Source of the DNA: an uncultured bacterium
GTDB taxonomy: Bacteria > Zixibacteria > MSB-5A5 > UBA10806
Reading direction: 5' to 3'
Assembly (NCBI GenBank): GCA_965541585.1
Contig: CBEUCH010000017.1
Location: 1 to 64,000 of the forward strand
DNA length: 64,000 bases
In this document: in pieces, positions 47,508 through 58,050 of the stretch
How the letters are laid out: every line of letters begins with the position of its first letter
How positions within the stretch are numbered: position 1 is the stretch's first letter
Program-made: the position numbers and the translations under genes
Notes under the pieces: model-generated
Databases searched by the model: none
Told to the model about the DNA's origin: nothing
The model's input: only the letters and a program-made list of their open reading frames with translations

Positions 47508-48899
47508 CTAATCTATGATTTTATAGTCTTTTATTTTATAAAGGAGCGACCGATAACTAATATCGAGCAATTTGGACGCCTTCCGCCTATTCCAGTTCGT
47601 TTTGTGTAAGACTTTGGTAATCAATAGCTTCTCAACTTCGCCCACTACATCATGAACCTTCTTCTTTAGCGAGAAATCACCATCAGATATATCTACGATG
47701 GCATTTTTCATTCCGGCGCCAGGGATCGGGCCTTTCAGGGTATCATAAATTATATTTTCGTCGGATCTGACGACTATCTGCTTCATCAAATTCTCAAGTT
47801 GGCGAACGTTTCCGGGCCAATCGTAATTCTGCAGTTGCCTGATTGTCTCGGATTTCAGTTCCCGCCGCTTCTTGCCGTACAATATCGAGTATTTTTCGAG
47901 GAAATGGTCAACGAGAAGAGGAATGTCGATACGCCTGCTGCTGAGTGGAGGCAAATTAACTGTGATTTCATTCAGCCTGTAGAACAGATCGTCCCTCATA
48001 TTCCCATCAGCAATAGCCTGTTCGAGGTCTCTGTTTGTGGCACAGACAATCCTGACATCGACGTGAATATTATTAATGCCGCCGACCCTTACGAATTCCT
48101 GCTGTTCCAAGACCTGCAGCAGTTTCGACTGTAGCTCCAGAGGCATATCACCGATCTCATCCAGGAACATGGTTCCCTTATCCGCAATTTCGAATCTCCC
48201 CGGCTTCGTCTTGTGAGCTCCGGTAAAGGCGCCTTTTTCATACCCGAACAATTCGGCCTCGAGGAGATCCCGAGGAATAGCGGCGCAGTTTACTTTCACA
48301 AAAGGCTCTTTGCAGCGGCTGGATTTGGCATGAATCATTCTGGCGACTATCTCCTTGCCGGTACCGGAAACACCCCTTATCAATACGGTCAACTCAGAAT
48401 CGGCAATTTCTTCGACCATGTTTTTAACATCGACCATGGAGGCTGAGTCTCCGATGAGAGTTCCCTGTTCGCTTTTTCTGAGCTTTTCCTGAAGTGCGAC
48501 AAGCTCCTCTTTCAGCTTTCTTTTTTCGAGCACGGAGCGTATATGTATCTCGACCTCTCTAACGTCAAAGGGCTTATTTATGAACTCGGCAGCTCCTTTT
48601 TTCACCGAATCTACGATGTTTTTTGTGTCGCCATGGCCCGAAAGCATGATGACATCAACGCTGTCATCGATAGTCCTGATTTTTTCCAGAACCTCGATCC
48701 CGTTCATCCCCGGCATCTGTATATCGAGAAGCACCAACTTGGGCCTCTGTCGTGGTGGTGTCTGGGAGATTTTGCTTATGCCCTCTTTCCCGTCGCGCGC
48801 GGAATCCACGGAGTATCCATTCCCGAGCCCCTCGGACAAGATCCAGGGAACCTTCGGATCATCGTCAATCACCAGAATATGTACAGCTTTTTCGCCCAT
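47508..48899 (-). CDS. sigma54-dependent response regulator (AtoC/NtrC family)
   Basis: REC domain, GVSGTGKE, GAFTGA, Fis HTH. Confidence 0.93.
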   Translation of the reverse strand: MGEKAVHILVIDDDPKVPWILSEGLGNGYSVDSARDGKEGISKISQTPPRQRPKLVLLDIQMPGMNGIEVLEKIRTIDDSVDVIMLSGHGDTKNIVDSVKKGAAEFINKPFDVREVEIHIRSVLEKRKLKEELVALQEKLRKSEQGTLIGDSASMVDVKNMVEEIADSELTVLIRGVSGTGKEIVARMIHAKSSRCKEPFVKVNCAAIPRDLLEAELFGYEKGAFTGAHKTKPGRFEIADKGTMFLDEIGDMPLELQSKLLQVLEQQEFVRVGGINNIHVDVRIVCATNRDLEQAIADGNMRDDLFYRLNEITVNLPPLSSRRIDIPLLVDHFLEKYSILYGKKRRELKSETIRQLQNYDWPGNVRQLENLMKQIVVRSDENIIYDTLKGPIPGAGMKNAIVDISDGDFSLKKKVHDVVGEVEKLLITKVLHKTNWNRRKASKLLDISYRSLLYKIKDYKIID

Positions 48900-48904
48900 A
48901 AAAT

Positions 48905-51001
48905 CTAAGCTCTCAAATCAACCATGAAGGTCGTCCCTTCCCCGACTTTACTATTTACGGAAATCCGGCCGTTATGAACCAGTATAATCCTTTCGGCAAT
49001 CGCCAGCCCGAGCCCGGTGCCGGTTTGTTTCGTCGTATAGTATCTGGCGAAGATCCTTCCCAAATCCTCCTCTGAGATGCCGACGCCAGTATCCTCAATC
49101 TTGATCCTCAGCCAATTTTGCCCATCTTCGGCAATTTCTTGCACATTTATAGTTAGGATTCCGCCTCTGTCCATGCTATCGACCGCGTTTTGGAGAATAT
49201 TAATGAAAACCTGAAACATCTCCGGCTCATTTACCATAACGTCAAGCTCGCCGGGACCATAGTCTTTGATCAGGCGGATTCCTTTGCTCAGCAAATCGGC
49301 GCTCAGGAGTTTCAAGCTTTTATCAAGCAATTTGCTTATGTGGAGTTTCCTGGTCTCGTATTTATTGGGATCGGAGAATTCCACCATCTCCTTCACCAGC
49401 TCGGAGAGCCGCTGGATTTCTATTTCTGCCTCCGGAAAAAACTCACGGGCTTTCTCGCCTTTGATTTTCTCTTTGTATATCTGTGTGATGCCTTTGATAT
49501 TCGTAAGCGGCTTTTTTAAATCGTGGCCGATCTCGGCGATAAGGCGCCCCATGGTCACAAGCTGAGTGGCGTTCAATACGGCTTTCTGTCGCTGGTAGAT
49601 GGCTGCTGTCTGAGTCAACGCCAGAACCGCCAACTCCCTTAGTGAATCGGTGAACCTGTAGTCCTGTGGAAAAACAAGCATCGCAACTCCGGCGAGAGCG
49701 CGCCTGATATAGATCGGCAGCGGTACTACCTTGACGTCGCGTCCGATGACCTTCCCGAAACTGTTAGACAGCTTCATCAAGATCTCCTGCATTAATTCCG
49801 GATCGGCCGCCTTGCCGATCGATATTGTCTCGCTTTCGAGTTTCACCGCCGTTAAATGCCCGGGGATTGCGGTCTCAGGAAGCTCACCATGATAAAATTC
49901 CAGCAGTAGTTCTCCGCTCCTCTCGAGATAGTCATACCAGAAAATGGACTCCAGCCTGACGAGCTTTCGCATGCCCTCGAACGTAACCTCGCCAATCTTT
50001 TTAGGGTCGTCGAGCATGGAGACCTTTTCCGCCAGGCCGTGAAGTACAGTCAAGTAGTCTATGGTCTCGGTCTTTTCCGCAATAAGATTGGCTCTATCTA
50101 TGGCCACTGCAGCGGGCACCGCAAGGGCGTGCAGCAATCGGAGGTCATCCTCCGAGAATGGTTTTCCGCTTGTCTTATTATTCAAATTTATGACACCATA
50201 GAGTTCATCTTTATAAGTCAGGGGAACTGAAATGAGAGATTTCGATTCATATTTCTGCCGGTTTATCCGCGCAAACCTCGGGTCTTTTTCGATATCCTCG
50301 ACTATTAGGGGACGACCGGTCTTGGCAACGTAACCTGAGATCGACGAGCCGAGCTTCATGCGGGTGGTTTGAACGACGCTGTCTTCGAGACCACATGATG
50401 CGCCGATATAGAGCTCGTTCTGGCCGGGGTCGAGGATCATTACCGACCCGAGCTTAGCTCCAATAACATCTATGGCCAGCGATAATATGGCTGTCAGGGC
50501 CTCCTTCAGATCCACGGTGGTGGCAAGGAGGTTGCCTGCGCTTGAAAGAGCGTCAAGCTGGACAAGTTTCATCTGCAATGTTTCATTGGCAACCTTTAAC
50601 TCCGTCAGCAGACGCAGTCTTTCGAGTTCTGCCTCTCTTTTCTCAATACCCCTGGTCACAGCCAGCTTAAGTTCATCGAGTTCCAGAGGCTTGGTTAGGT
50701 ATCCGAATGCTCCTTCACCGACGGCATTCTTGGCCGTTTCCAACGAGGCGTATCCGGTTATAAGAATCACGCCCATATAGGGGTCTTTTTCCCGGGCCCG
50801 TCTCAATAGTTCAATACCATCATATTGGGGCATTCTGATATCCGCAATTACAAGATCGAATTCCGATTTTTCCATAAGGTCTAAGGCTGCAGCGGAATCG
50901 TTCTCACCCACAACCTCGTAACCTTCCATGGTCAGAAGCGTTTTCAGACTGTCCACCATGCGAGGTTCATTATCTACGATCAGTATCCTGCTTCTCGCCA
51001 T
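48905..51001 (-). CDS. Hybrid histidine kinase REC-GAF-(GAF)-HisKA-HATPase
   Basis: ADIRMP, GAF domain, GHDLKKP, NILQNA, GTGLGL. Confidence 0.9.
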   Translation of the reverse strand: MARSRILIVDNEPRMVDSLKTLLTMEGYEVVGENDSAAALDLMEKSEFDLVIADIRMPQYDGIELLRRAREKDPYMGVILITGYASLETAKNAVGEGAFGYLTKPLELDELKLAVTRGIEKREAELERLRLLTELKVANETLQMKLVQLDALSSAGNLLATTVDLKEALTAILSLAIDVIGAKLGSVMILDPGQNELYIGASCGLEDSVVQTTRMKLGSSISGYVAKTGRPLIVEDIEKDPRFARINRQKYESKSLISVPLTYKDELYGVINLNNKTSGKPFSEDDLRLLHALAVPAAVAIDRANLIAEKTETIDYLTVLHGLAEKVSMLDDPKKIGEVTFEGMRKLVRLESIFWYDYLERSGELLLEFYHGELPETAIPGHLTAVKLESETISIGKAADPELMQEILMKLSNSFGKVIGRDVKVVPLPIYIRRALAGVAMLVFPQDYRFTDSLRELAVLALTQTAAIYQRQKAVLNATQLVTMGRLIAEIGHDLKKPLTNIKGITQIYKEKIKGEKAREFFPEAEIEIQRLSELVKEMVEFSDPNKYETRKLHISKLLDKSLKLLSADLLSKGIRLIKDYGPGELDVMVNEPEMFQVFINILQNAVDSMDRGGILTINVQEIAEDGQNWLRIKIEDTGVGISEEDLGRIFARYYTTKQTGTGLGLAIAERIILVHNGRISVNSKVGEGTTFMVDLRA

Positions 51002-51002
51002 G

Positions 51003-52337
51003 TTATGCTTTCAAAGGTATTCTTATTGTGAATGTCGCTCCACCGCCGGGATTGTTCGATGCCCATATCGTGCCATAATGGGACCTTATTATACCATAGC
51101 AGACGGCCAGGCCGAGGCCGGTACCGTCATCCCTCTTGGTCGTATAAAACGGTTCGAATATTCTTCGCAGGTCAGCCTCGGGAATCCCCGTTCCGTTATC
51201 GATGAATTTCATCTCCACAGTCTTATTCAACTTCCTGGCGGAGATTGTTATCTTGCCGCCTTTAGGCATGGCATCGCGCGAATTCAACAGCAGATTCAAG
51301 AAAACCTGTCTCAGCTTCTCCGGAGAGCCATCCAGCCATAAGGGTTTATTGTCAAAGGATCTCACGATTCTGATTCGAGAATTTTCAAGTTCATTTTTCA
51401 CCAGATCGAGAACGGCCGTCAGAGTTTCGCAGGCATCGAACTCCATCGGTTGCTCGACTGTTGGCCGGTAAAAATCGAGGAGTTGCTTCACTATCAGCGC
51501 TATTCTACCGACCTCCTCCTGAACAATTGCCAGGTTCTTCTTCACATCGGGATCATCGGTTGGCAATCTTGAGGTGATGGCGAGGTAGTTTTTGATTATC
51601 CCCAGCGGGTTGTTCACCTCGTGAGCGATGGAAGCGGAGAGTTTCCCCAGGGCAGCTAATCTTTCGGTTTCGACAAGCCGCTGCTGAGCCGAACGCAGTT
51701 CCTGCAGGGCCTTCTTTTCACGCTCGTAAAGACCGGCGTTTTCAAGACCCACGCTGAGTTGATTTACGAGAATCGAGACGAATTCCAGATCATTGTCCTG
51801 ATACGCCATGCCGCTAAGCTTCCGGGGAAGAAAAAGAATGCCCAGCAGATTATCTTTGGTTATCAAGGGTACGATCAGTTCGGCCTCCAGCATCTTGAGA
51901 CGCGCGAAATCCTCCGAATTCTCTGGAATATGTTTTCGCAGGATATCAAACAACTGAGGACCGGGGGTTCGCTGGAGATACCGGGCCAGGGGGCCGACGC
52001 GCGAAAATCTCCAGGATTCGATTTCCGGCAAATTGATTCCCTTTATGCTGATCTTGGATAAATCGCCTGTCGATTGATCCTGAACGACGATGGCGGCGCC
52101 GGATATACCCATCTGCCCTATGCAGGTGAATAATATGGCATCCAGGAGTGAATCGATATCAAGCATGGAACTCAGATGCCGGGATATTTCAAAAACGGTA
52201 TATAAGTCGAATATTTTCCTGCGAAGGTTTTTATTGGTGGCTGAAATGATACCTATGTTATCGGTCGGGGAAGGCTCCACCGTTTCCAGCTTATCCGTCG
52301 CATCTTTGGACGGATTCTTATCCTTAGAATTCTTCAT
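51003..52337 (-). CDS. GAF sensor histidine kinase
   Basis: AHEVNNPL, NLLLNS, DNGTGI, GTGLGL. Confidence 0.92.
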   Translation of the reverse strand: MKNSKDKNPSKDATDKLETVEPSPTDNIGIISATNKNLRRKIFDLYTVFEISRHLSSMLDIDSLLDAILFTCIGQMGISGAAIVVQDQSTGDLSKISIKGINLPEIESWRFSRVGPLARYLQRTPGPQLFDILRKHIPENSEDFARLKMLEAELIVPLITKDNLLGILFLPRKLSGMAYQDNDLEFVSILVNQLSVGLENAGLYEREKKALQELRSAQQRLVETERLAALGKLSASIAHEVNNPLGIIKNYLAITSRLPTDDPDVKKNLAIVQEEVGRIALIVKQLLDFYRPTVEQPMEFDACETLTAVLDLVKNELENSRIRIVRSFDNKPLWLDGSPEKLRQVFLNLLLNSRDAMPKGGKITISARKLNKTVEMKFIDNGTGIPEADLRRIFEPFYTTKRDDGTGLGLAVCYGIIRSHYGTIWASNNPGGGATFTIRIPLKA

Positions 52338-52804
52338 TCCATCTATTAGTCGGCAGGATTCCCGGGTCGTTTGACCCCGTCATTTAATATCCTCGCGGCA
52401 GCGAAATTCCACACGATTAGAAAATGATCCTGATAGGAAAATAATCAAGCATTAATTAATGTCAATGCATTTCTGGGAAGGATGGATCCGAGAGGAAGGT
52501 CGTGTTCAGCTATGCAACCTGTTTTCCTAAGACTATATCCTTCAAATCTGCGCATCGAATCCAGCGCTTGAAACTCAGGCAACATGCATGGCCCCTGAAA
52601 TATAGGTCTGTTGTTGAAATATCCGGGTACGCATAATATAATAATAGCCTTTTTGTTTCAGGAGACAATATAATTCCTGGTTAAGTTATGAGATTGATTT
52701 TGAAAATATTAAGACCGGTGGATCCGATTTCTGGTCACTGGAGTTATTCATGACGGAAGAGTATAGCCCCCGGTATTCAATTCGGGAACGAACTGTTTGG
52801 GTGG

Positions 52805-53914
52805 ATGAATATGAAGAGTCTCCCAGCTAATATTGCACAAGAAATAGGCGAATCACTGGCTGAGATTATCGAAGTTTCGGCAGTGTATACTTCCAGGCAA
52901 GAAATCCTGGTAAAGGGCAAGTTGCTATTTGAATCATCGTGGATACGGACTGAGATCGAATCGAGGCTGGCTGAGTTTGGCCTTAAAGTGGAAATTATAT
53001 CCACTCAGCCATCTCTGGTGATTCGCCTTAGATTGCTTGAAACGGCTAAATCCAGGGCATTCCCCTGGCTGAATGTTATCCTGTTCGGCGTCACCGTTCT
53101 GACAACGTTAGCCACAGGGGCCTTAATGGAGGGTGCGGACTGGATAGCAGATCCGCTCCTGATATTCAATGAGCCGTTACGAATAATATTAGCAGGATTG
53201 CCTTTTTCGGCATCGCTTTTGTCCATATTGCTGTTTCACGAGTTTGGCCATTACATAGCCGCGCGCATCCATGGGGTGAATGTATCGCTACCATATTTCA
53301 TACCGGCGCCTCCTCCCTTCTCGCTGTTAGGCACCTTGGGAGCCCTTATCAAATCCAGATCCGCCTTCTTGAATAAAAGACAGCTTCTGGACGTGGCCGC
53401 GGCAGGACCGCTGGCAGGGCTGGCTGTCGCCATAATCGTTACCATAATAGGTGTCAAGACTTCCTCGGTGCAGCAAATACCGTCCGATTCCGGCGGTGTA
53501 TTTTACGGCGACTCGATACTTTTCCAACTGATTACCTATGCCATCAAGGGCCCCATTCCGGACGGCAGCGCCCTTTTCATATCCTCTGTGGCTTTTGCCG
53601 GATGGGTCGGAATTCTGGTGACAATGTTCAATCTCCTGCCGCTCGGCCAGCTCGACGGGGGCCATATAGGCTACGCCCTCCTTGGGAAATGGCAGAAGAA
53701 TCTGGCATATTTGGTCATAGCCGGCCTGGTCGTCCTCTCATTATACTGGTTTGGCTGGACGATATGGATCTTGATCGGCATTTTACTCAAGCCCGGTCAT
53801 CCGCCGACGGTGATGGACGAACTGCCGCTCGGAAAGTGGCGGAAACTGATAGGCATACTAAGCATCATTGCCTTCGTCATCTGCTTCATACCGGTGCCAA
53901 TCGAGATAGCGTAG
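52805..53914 (+). CDS. Site-2 protease (M50) family protein
   Basis: HEFGH, AGPLAG, NLLPLGQLDGGH. Confidence 0.92.
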   Translation: MNMKSLPANIAQEIGESLAEIIEVSAVYTSRQEILVKGKLLFESSWIRTEIESRLAEFGLKVEIISTQPSLVIRLRLLETAKSRAFPWLNVILFGVTVLTTLATGALMEGADWIADPLLIFNEPLRIILAGLPFSASLLSILLFHEFGHYIAARIHGVNVSLPYFIPAPPPFSLLGTLGALIKSRSAFLNKRQLLDVAAAGPLAGLAVAIIVTIIGVKTSSVQQIPSDSGGVFYGDSILFQLITYAIKGPIPDGSALFISSVAFAGWVGILVTMFNLLPLGQLDGGHIGYALLGKWQKNLAYLVIAGLVVLSLYWFGWTIWILIGILLKPGHPPTVMDELPLGKWRKLIGILSIIAFVICFIPVPIEIA

Positions 53915-54010
53915 CCCTTTAAAGATTCTGTGATAATTAGAAAGCGCCCGGCGGATCTCCCATTCAATGGTCCACCGGGCGGATCTTGTGTCAGCTTTCG
54001 AGAAATAATT

Positions 54011-56914
54011 CTATTTTAGATATAGCATCTTTCTGGCGTTGGTAAAATCCCCTGCCTGCAACTTATACAGATAGATGCCACTGGCAACGTCGCCGCCGGA
54101 ACTTTCGCGGCCATCCCATACAACCGAATGAGCGCCTGCGGGAAGACCGGCAATCTCATAACCACGCACCAGGCGGCCGGCGATATCGTATATCTGGATT
54201 TCGACATCCGATTGCTCCGGTAAATCGAACGAGATTTCTGTTCGCCCATTGAATGGATTCGGATAGTTCTGATGCAAGGCAAATATGGTCGGGGTCTGAG
54301 TATTCGAATTCGGCTCCGTGCCGGTGGGGACGAATGAGTATATGGCGAAATCATCTACTCCGGCTTCCACCAGCGATCCCGGCGAACGGTCCATGGCGAC
54401 GAATCGTAATTGAATCTCCGAAGTTGGCTCCACGAATTGTTCCAGCAAAAACCTGGATCTCTGCCAGTAGTTCTCGGTGGAGGTAACCATTTCGAGGTTC
54501 GTCCACCTGGCGCCGCCATCATTGGAGATATCCACGAAGAAGGTGTCATCCATACTGGTGCGGATGGTATACCAGCGATAATATTCCATCAGGGCGCTTT
54601 CCTGCCCTTCCAGATCGTAAACCGGGGTATAGAGAGTCGTTTTGCCGTCGTCGACATCGTTGGCACCATTGTTCGGATCTCCCAGCGGATGCTGGCCGGT
54701 TACGAAACAGTAAATGCCCGGCGCAGACGTATGATCATCCTCCGGCTGATATGGGAAATTCGGGTCGCTATCGGAGTATGTTCCATTGGGATCGACCCGT
54801 TCCCAGATGCCGGAGGTGGCGTCATCGTCGAAAGCCCCGACTTGCCAGCCGGTTTCCGACTCAAGATCGTCAAATTCAATCAATATGGGCTCCCCGATCA
54901 CAAAAATATGTGTCCGATCGGGTGCTCCTGCCGGATGAAAGAATTCTCTACCGACAACGTCGGTGGCCGAGATATAGTATTCGACAAGTGTTCCCAGGGG
55001 CTGTGCCGGTATGGAACCGCTATATTCATCCTGATTACCCGTAGGCCCCATCTGAACCACATCGAATTCATCGTCTCCCACTGCCCGGTGAAACACGAAA
55101 ACGAGGTCATTATCAATCGGGAAAACAGGGGCGGTGATAGTTGCGATCACCGGATAAGGATTGGAGTCATCATCGGTATCGCCCAGAGGTTCATGTATAA
55201 ATGAGGCTCCGGCCGGTTCTATTCCATGAAGCGCAAAGGCGCTAAGGATCAAATCGGAATTCGGCGTGCCGTTATAAAGATCATCGTCATCATCATCGAC
55301 TAAGAGTATGTCGATAAGGTAGTCCCAGTAGTCGGTGGAATAGTAGTAGCGGGCGAAGTGGAAAAGGGTGTCGCAGTAGGTTACTCTCGGGTCAAGCGCC
55401 TCCCTCAAATCCCAGAGGGCGCCGGCGACGATCAGACCATCATTATGCGATTCCCCGCTCCAATCGTCGGGCCAGCGGTTGGTATTATCCACCGTGCGGA
55501 GGTATGTTCCTTCTCCCTGGAATCCCCTGCCGATGAGCGGCTGATCGGTGATGGTAGCAGCTATGTAATCCGACCACCCCTCGTGCTGGGCGCCCGATGG
55601 CGATTGCGGCCGGTACTGAAAATCTGTGATTCCATGTCCGTATTCATGGTAGATGACATCGGCTATTTCGCCGGTGTTCTCACAACCTCCTCCCCTGCGG
55701 AAGAAATTGATGGAGCTGCCGTCCCAGTAAGCGTTGCAGGTTTGATTCAGATTGACGTTGCAGGGCAGGGCGAAATCGAGAAGCGTGAATCCCGGATCGA
55801 TGGCCTTGATGTAATCATGGATAACATTGGTATGGAAAAAGCAGGTTCGCTCATCCGCGCGGGCGGTAATGAGATCCCATTCGAAATAGAGCGTATCTCC
55901 GGGGGTGATCTCACCATCATAGAGGGCATCGGCGCCCCCGGTGTTGTTGACGTTCACAAAATATCCATTTAGCTCCGTGCTAAAATTGCGCGTCTCCGGG
56001 CCGTCGACCTCTGAAGTGAAAAAACCCTCCTGGTCAGTATATACCCGACCTACCTGGTCGATATTGACCGACTCGAACTCGAAGGGCATGGTGGTGAGTG
56101 GATCAAAGGGCGTCGACTCGTAAATCTGGCCGCTTATATAACCGTCTACCGTTTCATAATAGATCAGGCTTTTACGGTAAAGAACCTCGCCACTGTTGGC
56201 ATCCACCACCGACAGCCAGCGCGACGGCTGATCAGACTCAATCTCCAGTCTGTATGCCAGTCTGTAATCGAACCCGCTCTCGGCGGGCAGCGGCATTATG
56301 ATCAACTCCGGTTCGGTGAATACGTATTCCGCTAATGACAAACCGGTCTGCGCCGCCAGGCTGGCAGCCTCCTTCGAGAGGGCTGGCGCCGGCGCAATAT
56401 CTATCCCGGGGAGATAGCCGCATCTGAACAGGACCACATTGCCTCTGTCTGAAATAACGACGGTGACAAGGCTCCGGAAAACATTCAGATTATCATATTG
56501 CTGGCCGAAATGCACTACCCAGCGGTCCAGGATATGCCTTGCTGAAAGCAATATCATATCCTCGATAGGCACCCGGAGCAGATCGAACTCCGATCTCAAA
56601 AACGTTTTCGCCAGCTCGCCGGCGCTGACATCGTCGATAGGGATTCCGATATAGGCGGAGCCTCCCACCCCCTGCCGAATCAGTCCCGTTCTTTCATTTA
56701 CCTGCATAGCCCAATTCCCATGCCGGCCGATGAAATCGCTTATTGTGGGATCAAACGATGATAGTTCGCTGAGACTCGACAAAAATACCGGCTGGTCATC
56801 ATAGTAAGGAATCGAAATCGACTCCGTCTCGAATCCTCCGTCGGTCGTAAAAGCGTAAGCGCTCGAGGATACTCCAAAAGAGACAATTAAGATCGTCGCA
56901 AATAAGGTTTTCAT
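54011..56914 (-). CDS. Secreted M4/M36-like zinc metallopeptidase with FlgD-Ig/T9SS-type C-terminal domain
   Basis: Signal peptide, propeptide, CNAYWDG, HEYGH...HEGWSD, NYPNPFN...KMLYLK. Confidence 0.85.
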   Translation of the reverse strand: MKTLFATILIVSFGVSSSAYAFTTDGGFETESISIPYYDDQPVFLSSLSELSSFDPTISDFIGRHGNWAMQVNERTGLIRQGVGGSAYIGIPIDDVSAGELAKTFLRSEFDLLRVPIEDMILLSARHILDRWVVHFGQQYDNLNVFRSLVTVVISDRGNVVLFRCGYLPGIDIAPAPALSKEAASLAAQTGLSLAEYVFTEPELIIMPLPAESGFDYRLAYRLEIESDQPSRWLSVVDANSGEVLYRKSLIYYETVDGYISGQIYESTPFDPLTTMPFEFESVNIDQVGRVYTDQEGFFTSEVDGPETRNFSTELNGYFVNVNNTGGADALYDGEITPGDTLYFEWDLITARADERTCFFHTNVIHDYIKAIDPGFTLLDFALPCNVNLNQTCNAYWDGSSINFFRRGGGCENTGEIADVIYHEYGHGITDFQYRPQSPSGAQHEGWSDYIAATITDQPLIGRGFQGEGTYLRTVDNTNRWPDDWSGESHNDGLIVAGALWDLREALDPRVTYCDTLFHFARYYYSTDYWDYLIDILLVDDDDDDLYNGTPNSDLILSAFALHGIEPAGASFIHEPLGDTDDDSNPYPVIATITAPVFPIDNDLVFVFHRAVGDDEFDVVQMGPTGNQDEYSGSIPAQPLGTLVEYYISATDVVGREFFHPAGAPDRTHIFVIGEPILIEFDDLESETGWQVGAFDDDATSGIWERVDPNGTYSDSDPNFPYQPEDDHTSAPGIYCFVTGQHPLGDPNNGANDVDDGKTTLYTPVYDLEGQESALMEYYRWYTIRTSMDDTFFVDISNDGGARWTNLEMVTSTENYWQRSRFLLEQFVEPTSEIQLRFVAMDRSPGSLVEAGVDDFAIYSFVPTGTEPNSNTQTPTIFALHQNYPNPFNGRTEISFDLPEQSDVEIQIYDIAGRLVRGYEIAGLPAGAHSVVWDGRESSGGDVASGIYLYKLQAGDFTNARKMLYLK

Positions 56915-57051
56915 TCTTCCTCCCGGGAATCAGGTTTTTCTACAATCTTAAAACAGATAAGGTGGTTATTAAATTCCACACTTTCCAATATAATAGATAA
57001 TCAGGCATTTAAAACTTGATTTTTCCACCCCTCGCCGATAGCTTGGCGTCC

Positions 57052-58044
57052 ATGGTAATGATTCCTGCTACACACTCGAGCTTTCCCCGGGTCGGGGATA
57101 AGCCCGAGCAGCAGAAACTCAGGCGGGCATATGCCGGCTATGAAAAGGGCAAAATCCCGGAGGCCGAGTTCAGGGAAGCTCAGGATTCGCTGGTTAAGGA
57201 GGTTATCTCCATCCAGGAGCAAGCCGGATGCGAGATTGTTACCGACGGTATGATCCGCTGGTATGATCACGTATCCCACATAGCCAGACAACTGATGGGG
57301 TTCGAAATAAACGGCCTCTTGCGGTTTTTCGATACCAACTATTATTATCGCCAACCTGTGGCTGGAGACAGCATCTCCGCCGGAGACGGCACCTTTTCTG
57401 ATGAATTCACTTTTGCCGCAAATAGCTCGAAGAGCCCGGTCAAGGCGACACTCCTGGGGCCTTACAGCATGGCGAGGATGTCGCAGAATAATTCATCGAT
57501 GAAATTCGAGCGATTCTGCCTGCGCCTGAGCGAGATCTTAAGCGACGAGGTTCACCATCTGGCGGATGCGGGTGCCGGATTCATACAGATCGAGGAGCCG
57601 GCCTTCGTCAGGGAACCGCAGCATTACGATCTATTCATAAGCTGTCTTGAGAATATTGCGCGATCGAAAGGCAAAGCGAAAATTATCCTGGCCTTCTATT
57701 TCGGAGACTGCGTTCCATTATGGAATCACTTACCTGATTTTCCCGCGGATTTCCTCGGCCTGGATTTCACCTACTCCCCCGGTTTAATGGATAGGATTTC
57801 GGCAGATGGCTTCCCCGGGTCGGTTTCGTTCGGTCTATTGGATGGCAGAAATACCAGAATGGAATCTGCGGATGAATTAGCGGGTTTACTGGAGAAAGCC
57901 CTGGCGAAGGTTGATTCCGACTGCTGCCATATTACAACATCATGTGGACTGGAGTTTCTCCCCCGCGATTACGCCATCAGGAAGCTCGAGTTGACATCAC
58001 GGGTGGCTGAACTGTTAAATGGGTCCTACGGATCTGCAGGATAA
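57052..58044 (+). CDS. Cobalamin-independent methionine synthase, N-terminal-half homolog (split MetE)
   Basis: RFFDTNYYY, QIEEP, LGLDF, DGRN, SCGL; lacks HxC; start uncertain. Confidence 0.8.
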   Translation: MVMIPATHSSFPRVGDKPEQQKLRRAYAGYEKGKIPEAEFREAQDSLVKEVISIQEQAGCEIVTDGMIRWYDHVSHIARQLMGFEINGLLRFFDTNYYYRQPVAGDSISAGDGTFSDEFTFAANSSKSPVKATLLGPYSMARMSQNNSSMKFERFCLRLSEILSDEVHHLADAGAGFIQIEEPAFVREPQHYDLFISCLENIARSKGKAKIILAFYFGDCVPLWNHLPDFPADFLGLDFTYSPGLMDRISADGFPGSVSFGLLDGRNTRMESADELAGLLEKALAKVDSDCCHITTSCGLEFLPRDYAIRKLELTSRVAELLNGSYGSAG

Positions 58045-58050
58045 AATGCA

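Noticed and set aside
52626..52653. XerC-like arm GGTACGCATAA
   Set aside because: No XerD-like arm follows; AT-rich promoter region, probably chance
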